A DNA stretch of 63,920 nt, the filler included, from Octopus bimaculoides (lineage: Eukaryota): assembly GCF_001194135.2 (NCBI RefSeq). It is 5 parts of 4 records of this genome, joined end to end, with 100 filler letters (N's around TTAATTAATTAA, not from the genome) between each part and the next. Parts side by side here need not be neighbours in the genome. Positions count along the whole stretch, not along the records: positions 1 to 15,563 come from NC_068982.1; positions 15,664 to 26,185 come from NC_068992.1; 3 more parts are not named here. One strand, 5' to 3'. Of the stretch, positions 12,873 to 25,753 are shown one piece after another. Made by a program: the position numbers and the translations under genes. The notes beneath the pieces were generated by a model that did no database searches, was not told the origin of the DNA, and saw nothing but the letters and a program-made list of their open reading frames with translations. The stretch's first letter is position 1. Each line of letters starts with the position of its first letter.

Positions 12873-13085
12873 TTCCAAATTTTGACACAAAGCCAGCAAT
12901 TTAGGGACAGAGGGTAAGGCGATTGCACTGATCCCCAGTGTTCAACTAGTACATATTTTATCGACCCCGAAAGGAAAAAAGGCAAAGTCGACCTCGCCGG
13001 AATTTCAACTCAAAACGTACAGACGGACAAAATGCCGCTAAGCATTTTGCTCGGTGTACTAACGATTCTGCCAGCTTGCAGCTTT
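12873..13085 (-). mobile_element. SINE family B, near full length
   Basis: B-box-like GAGTTGAAATTCC on the minus strand, core and tail all present. Confidence 0.9.
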
Positions 13086-13619
13086 CCCGTTTTACTCATA
13101 TTCCCACCAATTAAACACTAATTCAATCAGCAAAAAATTCACTTGCTTGAACTGTTGAATAATTATCGTCGAATATAAAGGAGATCCATTTGCTTACGTA
13201 CTTGATATTTGTTAGCGATAAGATGTTTGCTGTTGCTCTTTATTTGAAGTTAATCATTTTGTAGTCTATTATTAGTGCTAATTTATAGTATTGTTGCATG
13301 TTTTCCTCGTTTATTTTATGAGATTTTTGATTGCATTCATCTGTTCTATAGTTAATATGTATTTGGTTCATCAAATACATTTTATATGTGGTTTGCGTAT
13401 TTTTAATAAGATTGTTGTATGAATGTTTGTATTGTTCTCTGCCTTAGTTTCTTAATTTGTCAGAATGCTCTGTATTCGTTAGTGTGAACTTTATTTGCTT
13501 TGCTTGTGGAGAGAATTTAAGTGCATTTGTAAGCTTACGGCTTTCATCTTCATGCATATTCACAGTTCTTTGTGTAAATATATAAATTTACTTGTCTTTG
13601 GTGCAAACGGACTGATCTT

Positions 13620-13712
13620 TTATCTTTCACTTGTTTCAGTCATTAGACTGCGCCCATGCTGAGGTTACGCCTTGAAAATTTTTAGTCGAATGACCACGGT
13701 ACTTATTCACAG
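13620..13712 (-). mobile_element. SINE family A 3' tail fragment
   Basis: ACTTGTTTCAGTCATT.GACTGCG.CCATGCTG matches the A tail. Confidence 0.7.
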
Positions 13713-14125
13713 CTCAGATAAAGAATCTTGCAAATTAAATACAAAAAAGAAATAGTTTATATAATTTGATTTTTAATTTGGTCGTATTATTATTGTTCAG
13801 AATCTTCATAAATTTGTTACTTTTTTTTCATTGCGTAAATCCTTAATTTTGACAGTATATTAGCAATATATCGAAAACATTCATGCAGGCACAAATACAA
13901 TGCAACACTTAAATCAGATAATACTACACCTATAAAGTGTATTATATGAATAAAATGCATGGTATTTATACAAAAGATAAACAATCTTAAAAGCATCGCT
14001 GGACAGAACACAATATGCATTCCGAAGCATGAACTGACAGTATACATGCATACATACATACATACATACATACATACATACATACATACATACGTACGTA
14101 CGTGTATGTGTGTGTGTGTGTGTGT

Positions 14126-14173
<48 letters not shown>

Positions 14174-14277
14174 GAATAGAAGGATAAAATCACGTTAATG
14201 ATTTTTATCAGGTCGTCAGCAGGAAATAAAAATTTATAGGTATTTTATATATTAAATTAATAATTATATATATATAT

Positions 14278-14628
14278 AATCAAAATAAGTATCAAGTAGG
14301 ATATCAAGTAGTAATGCAGTACGACCGTTTCAAGTGGCTCCATTCAATTAAACAATGCAATCATTACACCAATTTAAATGCAGCGCTATCTTCAACCACT
14401 TTGCTACAATAGAAACAACATGAATTTCTTCCATCTTCTTACTCTGTTAAAATAGTTAAGAAAAATTATATTAATATGTCCTACTTGTTAAAAAATTGTA
14501 TGTTTTTGCAGCTGAAGGTAGCACTGCATTTACACTGATGTAACGATTTCATTGTTCAATTCAATGGAGCCGCTTCATACGGTCGTACTGCATTACTACT
14601 TGATATCTTGTTATTTATTTTGATTTTA
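14278..14628. repeat. Long imperfect inverted repeat (arms about 14278-14400 and 14508-14628)
   Basis: GATATCAAGTAGTAATGCAGTACGACCGT..GGCTCCATT..AACAATG..AAATGCAG recurs as its reverse complement. Confidence 0.9.
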
Positions 14629-14943
14629 TTCACCTTACTTTGAGCAGTGCGAATAATACCGCACTAAATTTGTGCTTCAACCTAAGTTTCGAATTCAACT
14701 GAATCTTAATTATTTTATANNNNNNNNNNNNNNNNNNNNNNNNNNNNNNNNNNNNNNNNNNNNNNNNNNNNNNNNNNNNNNNNNNNNNNNNNNNNNNNNT
14801 ATATATATATATATATTGACAGAAAGGAAGGAATTTTGATTACCCCCATGTGTAAGTTGTAATGTATATAAGAAAATAAAGAAGGAAAATGCACACACTT
14901 TACATTTTTTAAATATATTTTTTTATGTATTTTATATTGTGTT

Positions 14944-14976
14944 TGTCGACCGGTTTCGCTTTCGCTAATCATGACA
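14944..14976 (-). ncRNA. Decayed minimal hammerhead motif
   Basis: Minus strand TGTC-ATGATTA-GC(GAAA)GC-GAAA-C-CG-GTC-GACA: stem I TGTC/GACA, palindrome ACCGGT, GUC site; the core has two substitutions versus CUGANGA. Confidence 0.45.
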
Positions 14977-15500
14977 TTAAAATGATTTTAATTACGTATT
15001 TTCTTAAGGAAAATTCTTTTGACCATGTTGTGTGTGGAGAAGTTTATGAGTAAATGATTCAACAAGTAGAAAAATCTAAGGGGAGGTAACTAAGTGATCG
15101 TTATTATTGTGGACAGAGGAAATAACGATCACCAGTTATACATATAATATATATGATATATATGATATATATAATTATATCAAGGGAGCAGGGCGAAACG
15201 ACCTGTCTCCTATATGCTTGAAACAAATGCCGTGGCAGTTTCTTAGTGCCTCGGAATTTATTTCAAGCATGTAGGAGATAGGCTTGCTGCCTTAATATGA
15301 TTATATATATACATATAATTATTAATTTTATATATGTATGTATGTGTGTATGTCTTTTAAATTTGTTTATGGGGAAACGTTTTGAATATCCAAATAAAAC
15401 TCCTATTCTATTATGCTGGCAAGAGGCTAATAGAAAACCAGTAATCATCCCAGGAATGCAGAGTGTGATCTTAAAAGACAAGTTGTTACACACACACACA

Positions 15501-15552
<52 letters not shown>

Positions 15553-15563
15553 ACGTTTTGAAT

Positions 15564-15663
15564 NNNNNNNNNNNNNNNNNNNNNNNNNNNNNNNNNNNNN
15601 NNNNNNNTTAATTAATTAANNNNNNNNNNNNNNNNNNNNNNNNNNNNNNNNNNNNNNNNNNNN
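15564..15663. other. Artificial scaffold join N44-TTAATTAATTAA-N44
   Basis: Exactly 100 bp and identical to three other gaps. Confidence 0.9.
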
Positions 15664-15733
15664 TATATATATACACACACTCATACGTCCACATTTATAC
15701 ATATGCACATACGTACCCACGCATATACATGCT

Positions 15734-15821
15734 TTCCCTGATGAGAAGGTTACAATTTTAATATCAAAGATCCCTATGGATCACACAGGTAGTAATGCTT
15801 TGAAACATATGTAGGAATAAA
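15734..15821 (+). ncRNA. Minimal type-I hammerhead ribozyme motif plus AATAAA
   Basis: TTCC-CTGATGA(15738-15744)-GAAG..CTTT-GAAA(15802-15805)-C-ATAT-GTA-GGAA: stem I TTCC/GGAA, palindrome ACATATGT, inner hairpin GATCC-ctat-GGATC, AATAAA 15816-15821. Confidence 0.7.
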
Positions 15822-16016
15822 GTATGCAATTATAACATGCGTTTTCTCCAATCCTTAAATTCTTAAATATACTCAAAACTCTCAAAATTTCAAGGAGTTC
15901 CTGCCTTAAAAACAGGAGCTAACCACAGTTATTTTGTGTTCTTTGCTACATTGGTTTCTATTAACCCATTTATTCTATCAGAAGAATTTTTATTCATTAA
16001 GATAGAAGAAATACAC

Positions 16017-16049
<33 letters not shown>

Positions 16050-16052
<3 letters not shown>

Positions 16053-16112
16053 TTTTATTTGTTTCAGTCATTTGACTGCAGTCAGGCTGAAGCACCGCCT
16101 TTTAGTCGAACA
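16050..16112 (-). mobile_element. SINE family A 3' tail fragment
   Basis: GTTTCAGTCATTTGACTGC..GCACCGCCTTTTAGTCGA. Confidence 0.75.
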
Positions 16113-18599
16113 TATAAATATGTAAATATTATAAAATATATATACATGAAAACTAATTATATAAAAAATTTCATCTGCGTTAATATTGCTGAGTGAAATT
16201 AACAAAAAATGACGGATCTGTTATTATTTCAGCATGAACCGCAACTGGCCACCTGGGAAATATTAAAAGTCTTTGTTGTTAAATGATTGCTATTTAATTT
16301 ATTGACATCAATTGCCGCGTTTGTACATTAACCTTATTCACATCTAACTTCATTGATGATATAAAGCCAATCATTAATACATGTCCTATCTTGTTGACAA
16401 TCCTTTAAATAAAAAAATCTTCTGAAAGCATACTAGTAACAATTATTCCCAAGGGCCATTTCTGTGACCAATTGCAAAATAAGACTACTGTGAAGTGGGT
16501 AATTGAGAGAAGAGGGGCGGAAAGGTGTCATGCTGGTTTGTAAATTGATGTGGTATTGAAACATATTTGTAATGCCCGTAATATGTATAACTTCGACTTG
16601 TTTCAGTATTTCTCTGGCGGGTTACTCTCCTATATAATTTAAGAGCTTCTATATGGTATTTTGATTACATTCCCATAAAATGAAACTTAGGAATAGGTAG
16701 TTNNNNNNNNNNNNNNNNNNNNNNNNNNNNNNNNNNNNNNNNNNNNNNNNNNNNNNNNNNNNNNNNNNNNNNNNNNNNNNNNNNNNNNNNNNNNNNNNNN
16801 NNNNNNNNNNNNNNNNNNNNNNNNNNNNNNNNNNNNNNNNNNNNNNNNNNNNNNNNNNNNNNNNNNNNNNNNNNNNNNNNNNNNNNNNNNNNNNNNNNNN
16901 NNNNNNNNNNNNNNNNNNNNNNNNNNNNNNNNNNNNNNNNNNNNNNNNNNNNNNNNNNNNNNNNNNNNNNNNNNNNNNNNNNNNNNNNNNNNNNNNNNNN
17001 NNNNNNNNNNNNNNNNNNNNNNNNNNNNNNNNNNNNNNNNNNNNNNNNNNNNNNNNNNNNNNNNNNNNNNNNNNNNNNNNNNNNNNNNNNNNNNNNNNNN
17101 NNNNNNNNNNNNNNNNNNNNNNNNNNNNNNNNNNNNNNNNNNNNNNNNNNNNNNNNNNNNNNNNNNNNNNNNNNNNNNNNNNNNNNNNNNNNNNNNNNNN
17201 NNNNNNNNNNNNNNNNNNNNNNNNNNNNNNNNNNNNNNNNNNNNNNNNNNNNNNNNNNNNNNNNNNNNNNNNNNNNNNNNNNNNNNNNNNNNNNTACATG
17301 TGTGTGTGTGTGTGTGTATGTGTGTGTGTGTGTGTGTGTGCGTGTGTCTGTATCTGTGCGCTTAGAGTACTTGTGTATTAGTATGTAGATTAAAGCGTGA
17401 TCACCGTTTGGGGTATCTGATGTCATCCAGAGTTACGACATAATTTTCACTGGATCTACGTCACGAAAGATACAGTTCTTGTTGAGTTTATAGCCACGTA
17501 CAACAAATGAGAACAGCATACCAAGGAAAACTCAGTATATATAGTGGGGTATTTTTTTATTGGAAAGAGCTAGGGTGTAAAAAGACAGAAAATATGAGCA
17601 AATCCCTCTGAAAAGAAAATATATATTCCCCTTTACAATGACGAACTAGACATTGAAATATACAGGATATGAGAAACAGAAAGGAGCGAAAGCAGATTTG
17701 ACAAACTAATATAGCGAGACATATAACGCTTGGGGTAAAATACAACAACTAATAACCATGCATCTGAAATGACACAGTCTGCTATGATTCATGCAACAAA
17801 ACTAGATACACAATAACCTGCTCATAGAGGACCATTGCAAGATGGGTCCAAATGGTCGTAGTGCCGATTATAGATTTCTACTAACGTGTTTGTAACGTAA
17901 TATTTAGATTCTTTGAGAAATAGCTATCGAAGAGTGAGTACTCCGAGTGAAATAATACGGCAGTTCCTTTCCCATATAGTGCAGAAAATTTGGACTAGAT
18001 ATTAAGGTAATAAAACCATAAATAGTTTTCACTAGAAAACAATTATATAATTATTATATATCTGTAGTCAAGTATTATGTATATTATACTGAATTAAAAT
18101 AAACTTTACAGGAACACATCTATCACGAAACCGTGTAAACGCTTACGTTTTTTGTCGTGAATAATACAACCGTTGTTGGACTGGAAACTAAATCTAGTTG
18201 AAAGACTAATAGATAGTTTTATAACGTAACTAAAGCATTCAGATTGCTGGCTATGACCTCTAATTAATCAATTTCCTAACGATATTTTCCAATCTATTAT
18301 ATTAAACTGTAGTGTCAGGTGAAATGATCCATCACAATATTATGTGAAATATATAACATCTCACATTAAATGTCAGGGCATTAGGTTATGGATGGCAGAT
18401 AACTGCTTGTATTACAAAAATGGCTGTGACAATCAGGCTAACAGCATTTGTTACTTTGGTAATTCAATGATGTTTGGTTTATTGCAGCAGACAATTGTTT
18501 TGTGAAAAATTAAGTATTTCTGTAAGTTGTCGTAATGTTTTTTGTACTTCCAACAATATTACATTTTATTTCTCCTCTTTTAAACTGGATGTTCTTTTT

Positions 18600-19400
18600 A
18601 CAGTTTTGAGCGGAATCTTGTAATAATTATCGGAATTACAAGGAAATGATGACTCAGGACCTGAACCAATGTACTTCACTTAATTATAAACATAAGGGAA
18701 ACAAAGAAAAAACTAAGAACAGCTGATACAATCTTAAAGTGATGGCGAAATAATTAAAGAAAAAGTTTTGTTTATTTTTCGCAACCTTATCCAATCAGGC
18801 TGGGAAAAATTACTTATTTATGACTCAGAATTAGTTGTTTCTCTATTAACGAAAGGTTATGCGACTTTTAATGTGTTAGGGAAGGTTAGAGTAGAAAATC
18901 GTTTTATGTTGTTGGGTGATTCTGTTAAATATTTAACAAGATGCGTTTATAACAACATTGCACAACAATATTTACGAATGTACGATTTGTTTTAGATTTA
19001 TCATTGTCCAATGAACACTCTCCTAAAATATAAACATTTTAAAAAGATACCTCAGGCTATATAGGAACTCGTGAAATTTGATTTTTATCGCTAGTCTGTA
19101 TATCTTTCGTATTGTCCTGTACCAATTACTGAAATATTGGCATTCATTTTCTTCTTCACTTATTTTTGTATGTATTTATATGGAACTTTTTATCCGGATC
19201 ATTCCATGTAAAAGTGTAAACATGTTTACACAGCGTAAGTACAACATCATAAAATTGTTTTTTCTGGTGCATTAGTAAAACATTAATTGAAGAAAGCAGA
19301 CAAAATATAATTAACTCAGTTGCAAAATATCTTATCTAGAATTGAAAAACAATGTGGTAAATATAATAAACTTCTTCATTTGACAATCAGTAAAATAAAT
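18600..19400 (-). pseudogene. Decayed L1/Tx1 ORF2 C-terminus (zinc-binding region)
   Basis: Minus frames give IYRLAIKIKFHEFLYSLRYLFKM..ECSL.N.KS.(T)IVH..LL.C.VV, resembling K+LH..+.T...L+K..C..C...ET+.H+...C; many stops and frameshifts. Confidence 0.4.
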
Positions 19401-19844
19401 ATACAAGATCGGTATATATTTATAAGACAACAACGAAGACAATATCAGAAATTGAATTATTCAGTTTTATATCCAGTCTCCCTATCATTATAGATTATGT
19501 GAAGGATGTTTCCTTGAGCGTATCAATTTTTCATTCAGTTGCTTTGTCGTGAAGAACCAGTCACTCGATTTTGTTTGTAATTAATGTTCATTATTGCCAC
19601 TGTTTTCACTTTTATACATTTCCGTTGGCTGATATTCTTGTTAAAGTCTGAAACATATTTTGACAAGACGGTTAACGCTTGTGATTTGGGCATGAGTTAG
19701 GTTTGTACAGTAAAAAAAATTCATGTCCAGACAACTTTCTTTTAAATAAGTGGGTAAATTTGCTGTTAATAAGTTCATAATTTATCGGACTATAAATTTC
19801 AAGACGGTGTGCATGTCAGCATGTTCATGTTCATTAAAATACTA

Positions 19845-20045
19845 AGCTGGAATGAATAGATACGGCGCCAGTCAAAATGCTCAGTAGCATTTAGTCCGAC
19901 TATACGTTCTGGATTCAAATTCCGCCAAAGTTGAGTTTGCCTATCGTAATTTCTGGGTCGATAAAATAAGTGCCAGTTGAGCAGTGGGGTCGATCGACTT
20001 ACTCCTTCCCTTGTAATTGCTAGCCGTGTGTCAAAAGGTGAATCT
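19845..20045 (+). mobile_element. SINE family B copy
   Basis: GGATTCAAATTCCGCC B-box-like head and GGGTCGATAAAATAAGTGCCAGTTGAGCAGTGGGGTCGAT core. Confidence 0.8.
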
Positions 20046-22393
20046 AAAATGGACATTTACTTTCCATTTTTTTTTTTCGATAGACATTTCGTAAACCTCA
20101 TTCCTAGTTGCTACATTTCCCATGACTGAATGTGTTTCACAAACCTAGTAAAAAGCAGTAACAGTAATATTATTACTACGTTCGAATTAATAATACTAGC
20201 GGCAGTGCAAGCATACACAAATAAAACACGGTAGTAATTCTTTTATTAATATTCTATTATAATTATTCAATATATAATAAATTAACTAACTTAAAAAAAT
20301 AAGTCAAGGATAGTAACTAAAAAGTTATTGTTAATGTTCAATAATTTAAGGAAGAAATCAATAAACATTCTCTCATGTAAAAATATAAGCATTATTTGCG
20401 ATCTAACGTAAAAACATAGTTAATATTTATTTAGCTTAACAAAAGGTGGAATACGAAAGAAATTCAACGTTTAATGTCTTCTAATAGAAATAATATCGTG
20501 GTCGATTAAACAAGATTTACCTGGTATTTAAACTCAAAATAATACTTAATCAGCAGTTTTGTAGACGATTTCTTTTTTTCCATAAACAGATAAGTAGATT
20601 GAATCTATATTTACAGAAGCTGCTAGACTAAATATAAAGCTTACAGCAATCTAATTATACAACCGTTACATATGTTCTTTCACATGGTACCGATATGGTG
20701 GAGATGGCTTCTTTGATGTGATACCAAATATGGCAGTTATTATCTAAAAACGCAGAATGGGTGGTAAATCTTTTTTCAATAAGAATAAGAAAATGGATTC
20801 TTTAAAAGAAGATATCTGAACAATAAATATAACGGTTCCGCAATGATAGGCTAGTAATGTCTAGCCAGAGAAAGAGATGAAAATAGATAGAGGGAAATAG
20901 AGAGATAAAGGGAGAGAACCAGAGGATGGAGAAAGAGAGAAGAAAGTGACGGAGGGAGAGAGAGTGAGAGAGAAAGGGAGAAAGAAAGAGAGACAATAAT
21001 CTTGACAAAAACAAAAATGCCCATCACAAAAACCGCCTTCATTAAAAAGAAAATATATGCAAAATCGTTTATTTAAAGATCTCCCCAAAAATTTATAGTT
21101 GTGAAAAGAATTTCCTTTGACAAAGTAGACACATAACGCAGAGAATGGCATATATATAAATATATAGATGTGTGTGTCTGTGTGTGTATATATATGTATA
21201 CATATGTAAATATCTGTGTACACGTATGAAGAATAAACAGTTACAAAGATATCGAGTACTTTTATACTTTAACCTCCTCATTATAAAGGAAAGAAAATAA
21301 AAACGATAAAAAATATTTTCAAAAACAGCGTGAATGTTAGAAATGTTTTGCTTTCAACAAAATATAGGCGTACGATAAATAGTATTACAGGAGTTTATAG
21401 ATATGTTGGGACTCACTCACACAGACACACACACACACGCACAACACGCACAACACGCACAACACGCACAACACGCACACACATAAACTCGCGCAGAGAG
21501 TAACACGGGGACTCTCATGAAGATGAATAAATATAAATACATATATGTGTATGTATGTATGTGCCTCTCTGTTTATCTATCTGTCTGACTGCCTGCCTGT
21601 CTGTGTAGTACTGTTGAGTGAGAGATAAATATTTAATGTATACAGTATAAAGGTAAGAGCTGCTAATATTTTCTTGCTGCGAAGACATGTGTCTAAGGTT
21701 TTTCTAACTAGTCTCATGTGAAATCACGAGAAAAAACGAGCGGAGTATCGATTCCGTCTCTATTCACCCTTCCACGTTTTGCATCACATTTATCTTCATT
21801 TATATAAATACATATCTACATGTATGTGCATATACATGCACACACCCTTATACAATTACTACAACACAGAGATACAGACGCAGTCACACACATGTACACA
21901 CTGTACTCTTCTGTGATGGTAAGACCAACAAAAACGTGTTCCGTTTGTGGAAAGATAATTTTTTATGTGCTGCTAACAATTTCATATATTGGGAAATACC
22001 TAAAACATACTCATCAGACACAAATTACATATCATAATGAATTAAAAATTGAATGAGACAAGAAACGTGAAAAATTGTGAAGAAAGCGTATAGAAAATGT
22101 GGAAGTTTAAAAAACGGAAAACGAATAGGTAAAACGTAAAAATTTAAACCTTAAATTATAAGTCTGGGTAAGATATCACAAAGTTAATCAGTTATATGCA
22201 GAATTTTCCAGTTCTTCAAAATGAACTTAAACATATGTTTACAACCGCTGAAAATTTCATTTCTGGAGTTCAGTAGTGAGTTAAGGATTTTAGATCTGTT
22301 TAATATGATGGATATGTTTGAAGTGTTTTTCAACATATAAAACTATTGGTAAGACATACAAATATATATTATGCCTTTTAAATAGCTTATATA

Positions 22394-23235
22394 TATTAGG
22401 TCGTCCAGAAAGTTCTTAGGATATAAATGATTACCCTTTCAATAAATCTTATTCAATGAAAGAATTTACATTATTATTAATGACCTTTGCCCCTCAATTA
22501 GGCAATGTAAACATTACATCAGCATAAACTATGACTGTTTTTTAAGAAGAAGTTATCTAGATGCCTTTGGCAGCAGCTAAATAGTTAAGTGTTTTTCCTT
22601 GCAATGTGTTCTGTAGAGGCAGAACCAAATTAAAGTCAGATGGTGGATCATCAGGAGAATGTGGCGGATGGAGTAAGAGATCCAAGTCAAGTTCACTTAA
22701 CTTTGTTCGGGTAACTAAAGACACATGTGGTCCAGCATTGTCTTGTTGGAACAATCTGGCCTCAATTCTACGATCTTTCGGTTCAAATTAGCCAGCTGAC
22801 AACAGTACATATGAGAATTAATGGTCTGGTTTTATGTGTGAAGCTCATAATAAATAATGCTTTTATGTTCCCGCTAAATACAAAGCATAGGTTTCCGGGC
22901 AAGGATATTCGTCTTTGGTTGATGTTTTGGAGGACCCTTACGAAAACTCCAGGATCTTTTTCGCACTACGTTTTCGTACGCAATTCATTTTTCTTCTCCA
23001 ATCACAAGTTCTCTATAAAATGGCATGCTTTCATTCCATTTGAAAAGCATATCGCAAACGGGATACCAGTCTAAGCATTTCTTTTCTGAGTTCGTAAAGG
23101 ACACATACATTATAGTGATAAATGTATCCTAGCTTCACTGTGTGTTCCATTAGCTGTACTTTTAGAAACTTCCAACTCCTCTTCAAGTGCTCTAGTCTTG
23201 ATATTTGAATTTCATTCGATTTTTGCCAGAAAGTG
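22394..23235 (-). pseudogene. Mariner (DD34D) transposase relic with 3' TIR
   Basis: FQQDNAGPHVS..LLHPPHSPDDPPSDFNL (degenerate DNA.PH and YSPDLAPSD motifs) and upstream CDMLFKWNESMPF..LVIGEEK; TIR TATTAGGTCGTCCAGAAAGTTC resembles the 11580 TIR. Confidence 0.9.
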
Positions 23236-24039
23236 AGATAAATTAACAAGGAATAATTACAAAGAATACGATGAGAAGATCTTGCAGAATCATATGAACG
23301 TGAATAACAAAAAATGTGAAAAATATATAAAATACAAGAAGCAGAAAATAAGAGAATACAGATTAAATTCTGAAAAAGAAAAAAAAAATATGATAGGAAA
23401 ATGACACAGATATTGAAAACAGTTCTAATTCGACCCGTTTCGAAATGCTTTCTAATTTCTATCTTTTAGTTCTATCTCAAAACCAACTCATCATCTCTCT
23501 GCCTCTGTCTCTCTGTCTGTCTCTTTCTGTCACACACACACACAAACGCGCACACACGTCCTATATATAATATACATGCACACACATACATACATGCATA
23601 AATGTGTGTGTGTGTGTGTGTAAGTTTGTATAGGTGAATGTGCGTGGTTTGATACATGAGTATGAATACCTAATTTCTAAAATACAAATTCATAAGCCAA
23701 ACGGAATTAGAATGATGGAATTCTGCCAACGCATTCATGTAGCTTTAACGAGATGTTCATCATATCTTTCTATAGAATGTCTCTTGTATCTTCCAATTGA
23801 TTTCATTTCTATCTCACACATTGATATCATCGCTCTGAATCGGATCATGTGATGGGACACAACAGAAAACATTTGTCTCACTTTTGCACGAATTACATAG
23901 TAATCTTCGTTTGCACGTTTGTTTAGGCATACCTTAAACACAACTGTGTTGATTCTTTGAAATATTATCAAAATATATTCCTCCTACACAAATTAGACAA
24001 CAAAGTGGCTATTAATTTGCTTCGCGAATAAGTATGTGT

Positions 24040-24590
24040 GAGCATGCATATAAAAAATGAGCTTAGCAAAACCACTACAGTCATTCTTCCAGAGTTTCAA
24101 TGAAATTGGCAAGCTTCCAGGCAAATTGGAGGAGAGAATAATATGCTCTATTCATAAGGGAGTTAGCGGAGTGGATGCTAAAAACTACAGACCTATCTTT
24201 CTAATCACGCATATCAGTAACGTAATAGAACCGTTCGTCCGTAGGAAAATAACCACGTTCTTTGAAGAAGAGAACTTGTTGACTGACATCCATCATCGTT
24301 TGTGACAAGAAAGAAAGTGACTGACACAACTCTTACAACACTATAGCTGGGTGCTGAAATAGTTGCTTAACCACTCAGATGTTGATACGATATATATCGA
24401 TAAAGTCGATCATAGAATGACATGACACAGGCTTCGTGACCACGGCTTATTTGAAAAACTACACTTGACTATACTTGGTGGTTAGAAGACACTGCCGAAC
24501 GGATATAAGACATTGAAAAGCAGTCTGAATCAGCTGTTCAAGGAACTGCTTTCCAAATCTCTAGATGTTATCTGCCATCTTGTGTGGCAT
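24040..24590 (+). pseudogene. CR1-like LINE RT fragment, internally deleted
   Basis: LAKPLQ..IHKG..DAKNYRPIFLITHISNVIE..EENLLTDIHH..LTQLLQHY..VDTIYID, then a jump to the C-terminal LP..K.SLN.FK. Confidence 0.85.
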
Positions 24591-24743
24591 GACAGTGTGT
24601 GTGTGTATGTGTTGGTAAGGGGTACAAGAGAAGCTGGCAATTTAGGAACGAACTTAAAATAATAATAGAATAGAAATGCGAGGCAATGCCAGAGCCTTCT
24701 ACTTGTGTTTCTCGCTCCGTCCCCCTCCCTCTCCAGCCTTTAG

Positions 24744-24786
<43 letters not shown>

Positions 24787-25626
24787 CTGTCCCTTTCTAG
24801 CTATCTTTATATCTATTCATTCATTTGTATACATAGAAATATCTCTTGGCAAGTATAAATATATATCTAGGTATTTTTATTCGACGACCTTTGTGCATGT
24901 ATGTATATAAGTGTGTGTATGTAAGTGTATGTGTGTTCGACTCTAATGTATATATTCTTATTAGGCAGTCATCATACTAATATTGTACGTCTCACAAACA
25001 TACATGAACTCTCCAAAGGTCAGATTTCTTCAGCCAATTAATTAAATTACGTTCAAGAATGTAGAAAGCTATTATCTTTTACATTCATTGATTATAATAA
25101 TGATACGGGGTAAGCGTTGTATAATGTGTGCCACAGACTTCCAAATAAACAAAACAATATAATCGAAAACAATGCGTAAATATGTGAAATACAGGAACTG
25201 CAGCATCATATGCTTTGAGAATTATGCAAATGCATGTTTCGAATATTTTGATTACATTTGTATAATCTTTAAAACTATAAGAAAAAGGATTTTGAGCAAA
25301 TAACACAGTGCTTTGCAAAATTAGATTCAGTAGAGAACAGTACAGAACAGTATAAATATGACGAACGAAATTTTAATTCTCTTGGAGTTGACATCATTGA
25401 ACATTTTTTTTTTCTTGTGTCTGATGATCATTTAATTGTTTAACTATTACACACACAACGCACGTGCTCATATATATTGCGCATACAAGCCCGTGCACAG
25501 ACGCACATACTCGCACTCAAACAACACACACATGTGCACACACGTACAAACACACGATTATATATATATATATATATATATCGGAGTAATGGCGCTAAGC
25601 ATGGTTTACATATAATCACAATCGAG

Positions 25627-25742
25627 ATTAGTTGAAATATGTTTGTCACCATTATACCATAAGAGTGATTTTTCTCCACGGTAACTGCAGTGTATTCGCC
25701 TTTGGCAGGAGAAATATATGACAAACATACTTCAACTCTAAT
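25627..25742. repeat. Foldback directly 3' of the hammerhead (on the minus-strand RNA)
   Basis: ATTAGTTGAAATATGTTTGTCA (from about 25627) pairs with TGACAAACATACTTCAACTCTAAT (about 25719-25742); inner stem TTTCTCC/GGAGAAA. Confidence 0.8.
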
Positions 25743-25753
25743 TAATCATTGGA

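Noticed and set aside
18768-18995. Protein-looking plus-strand ORF MFIFRNLIQSGWEKLL..
   Set aside because: It is flanked by stops, has no splice support and lies antisense to a decayed L1/Tx1 C-terminus.
23430-23500. Minus-strand ATGATGA..GAAACGGGTC hammerhead-like remnant
   Set aside because: Stem I and stem II do not pair.
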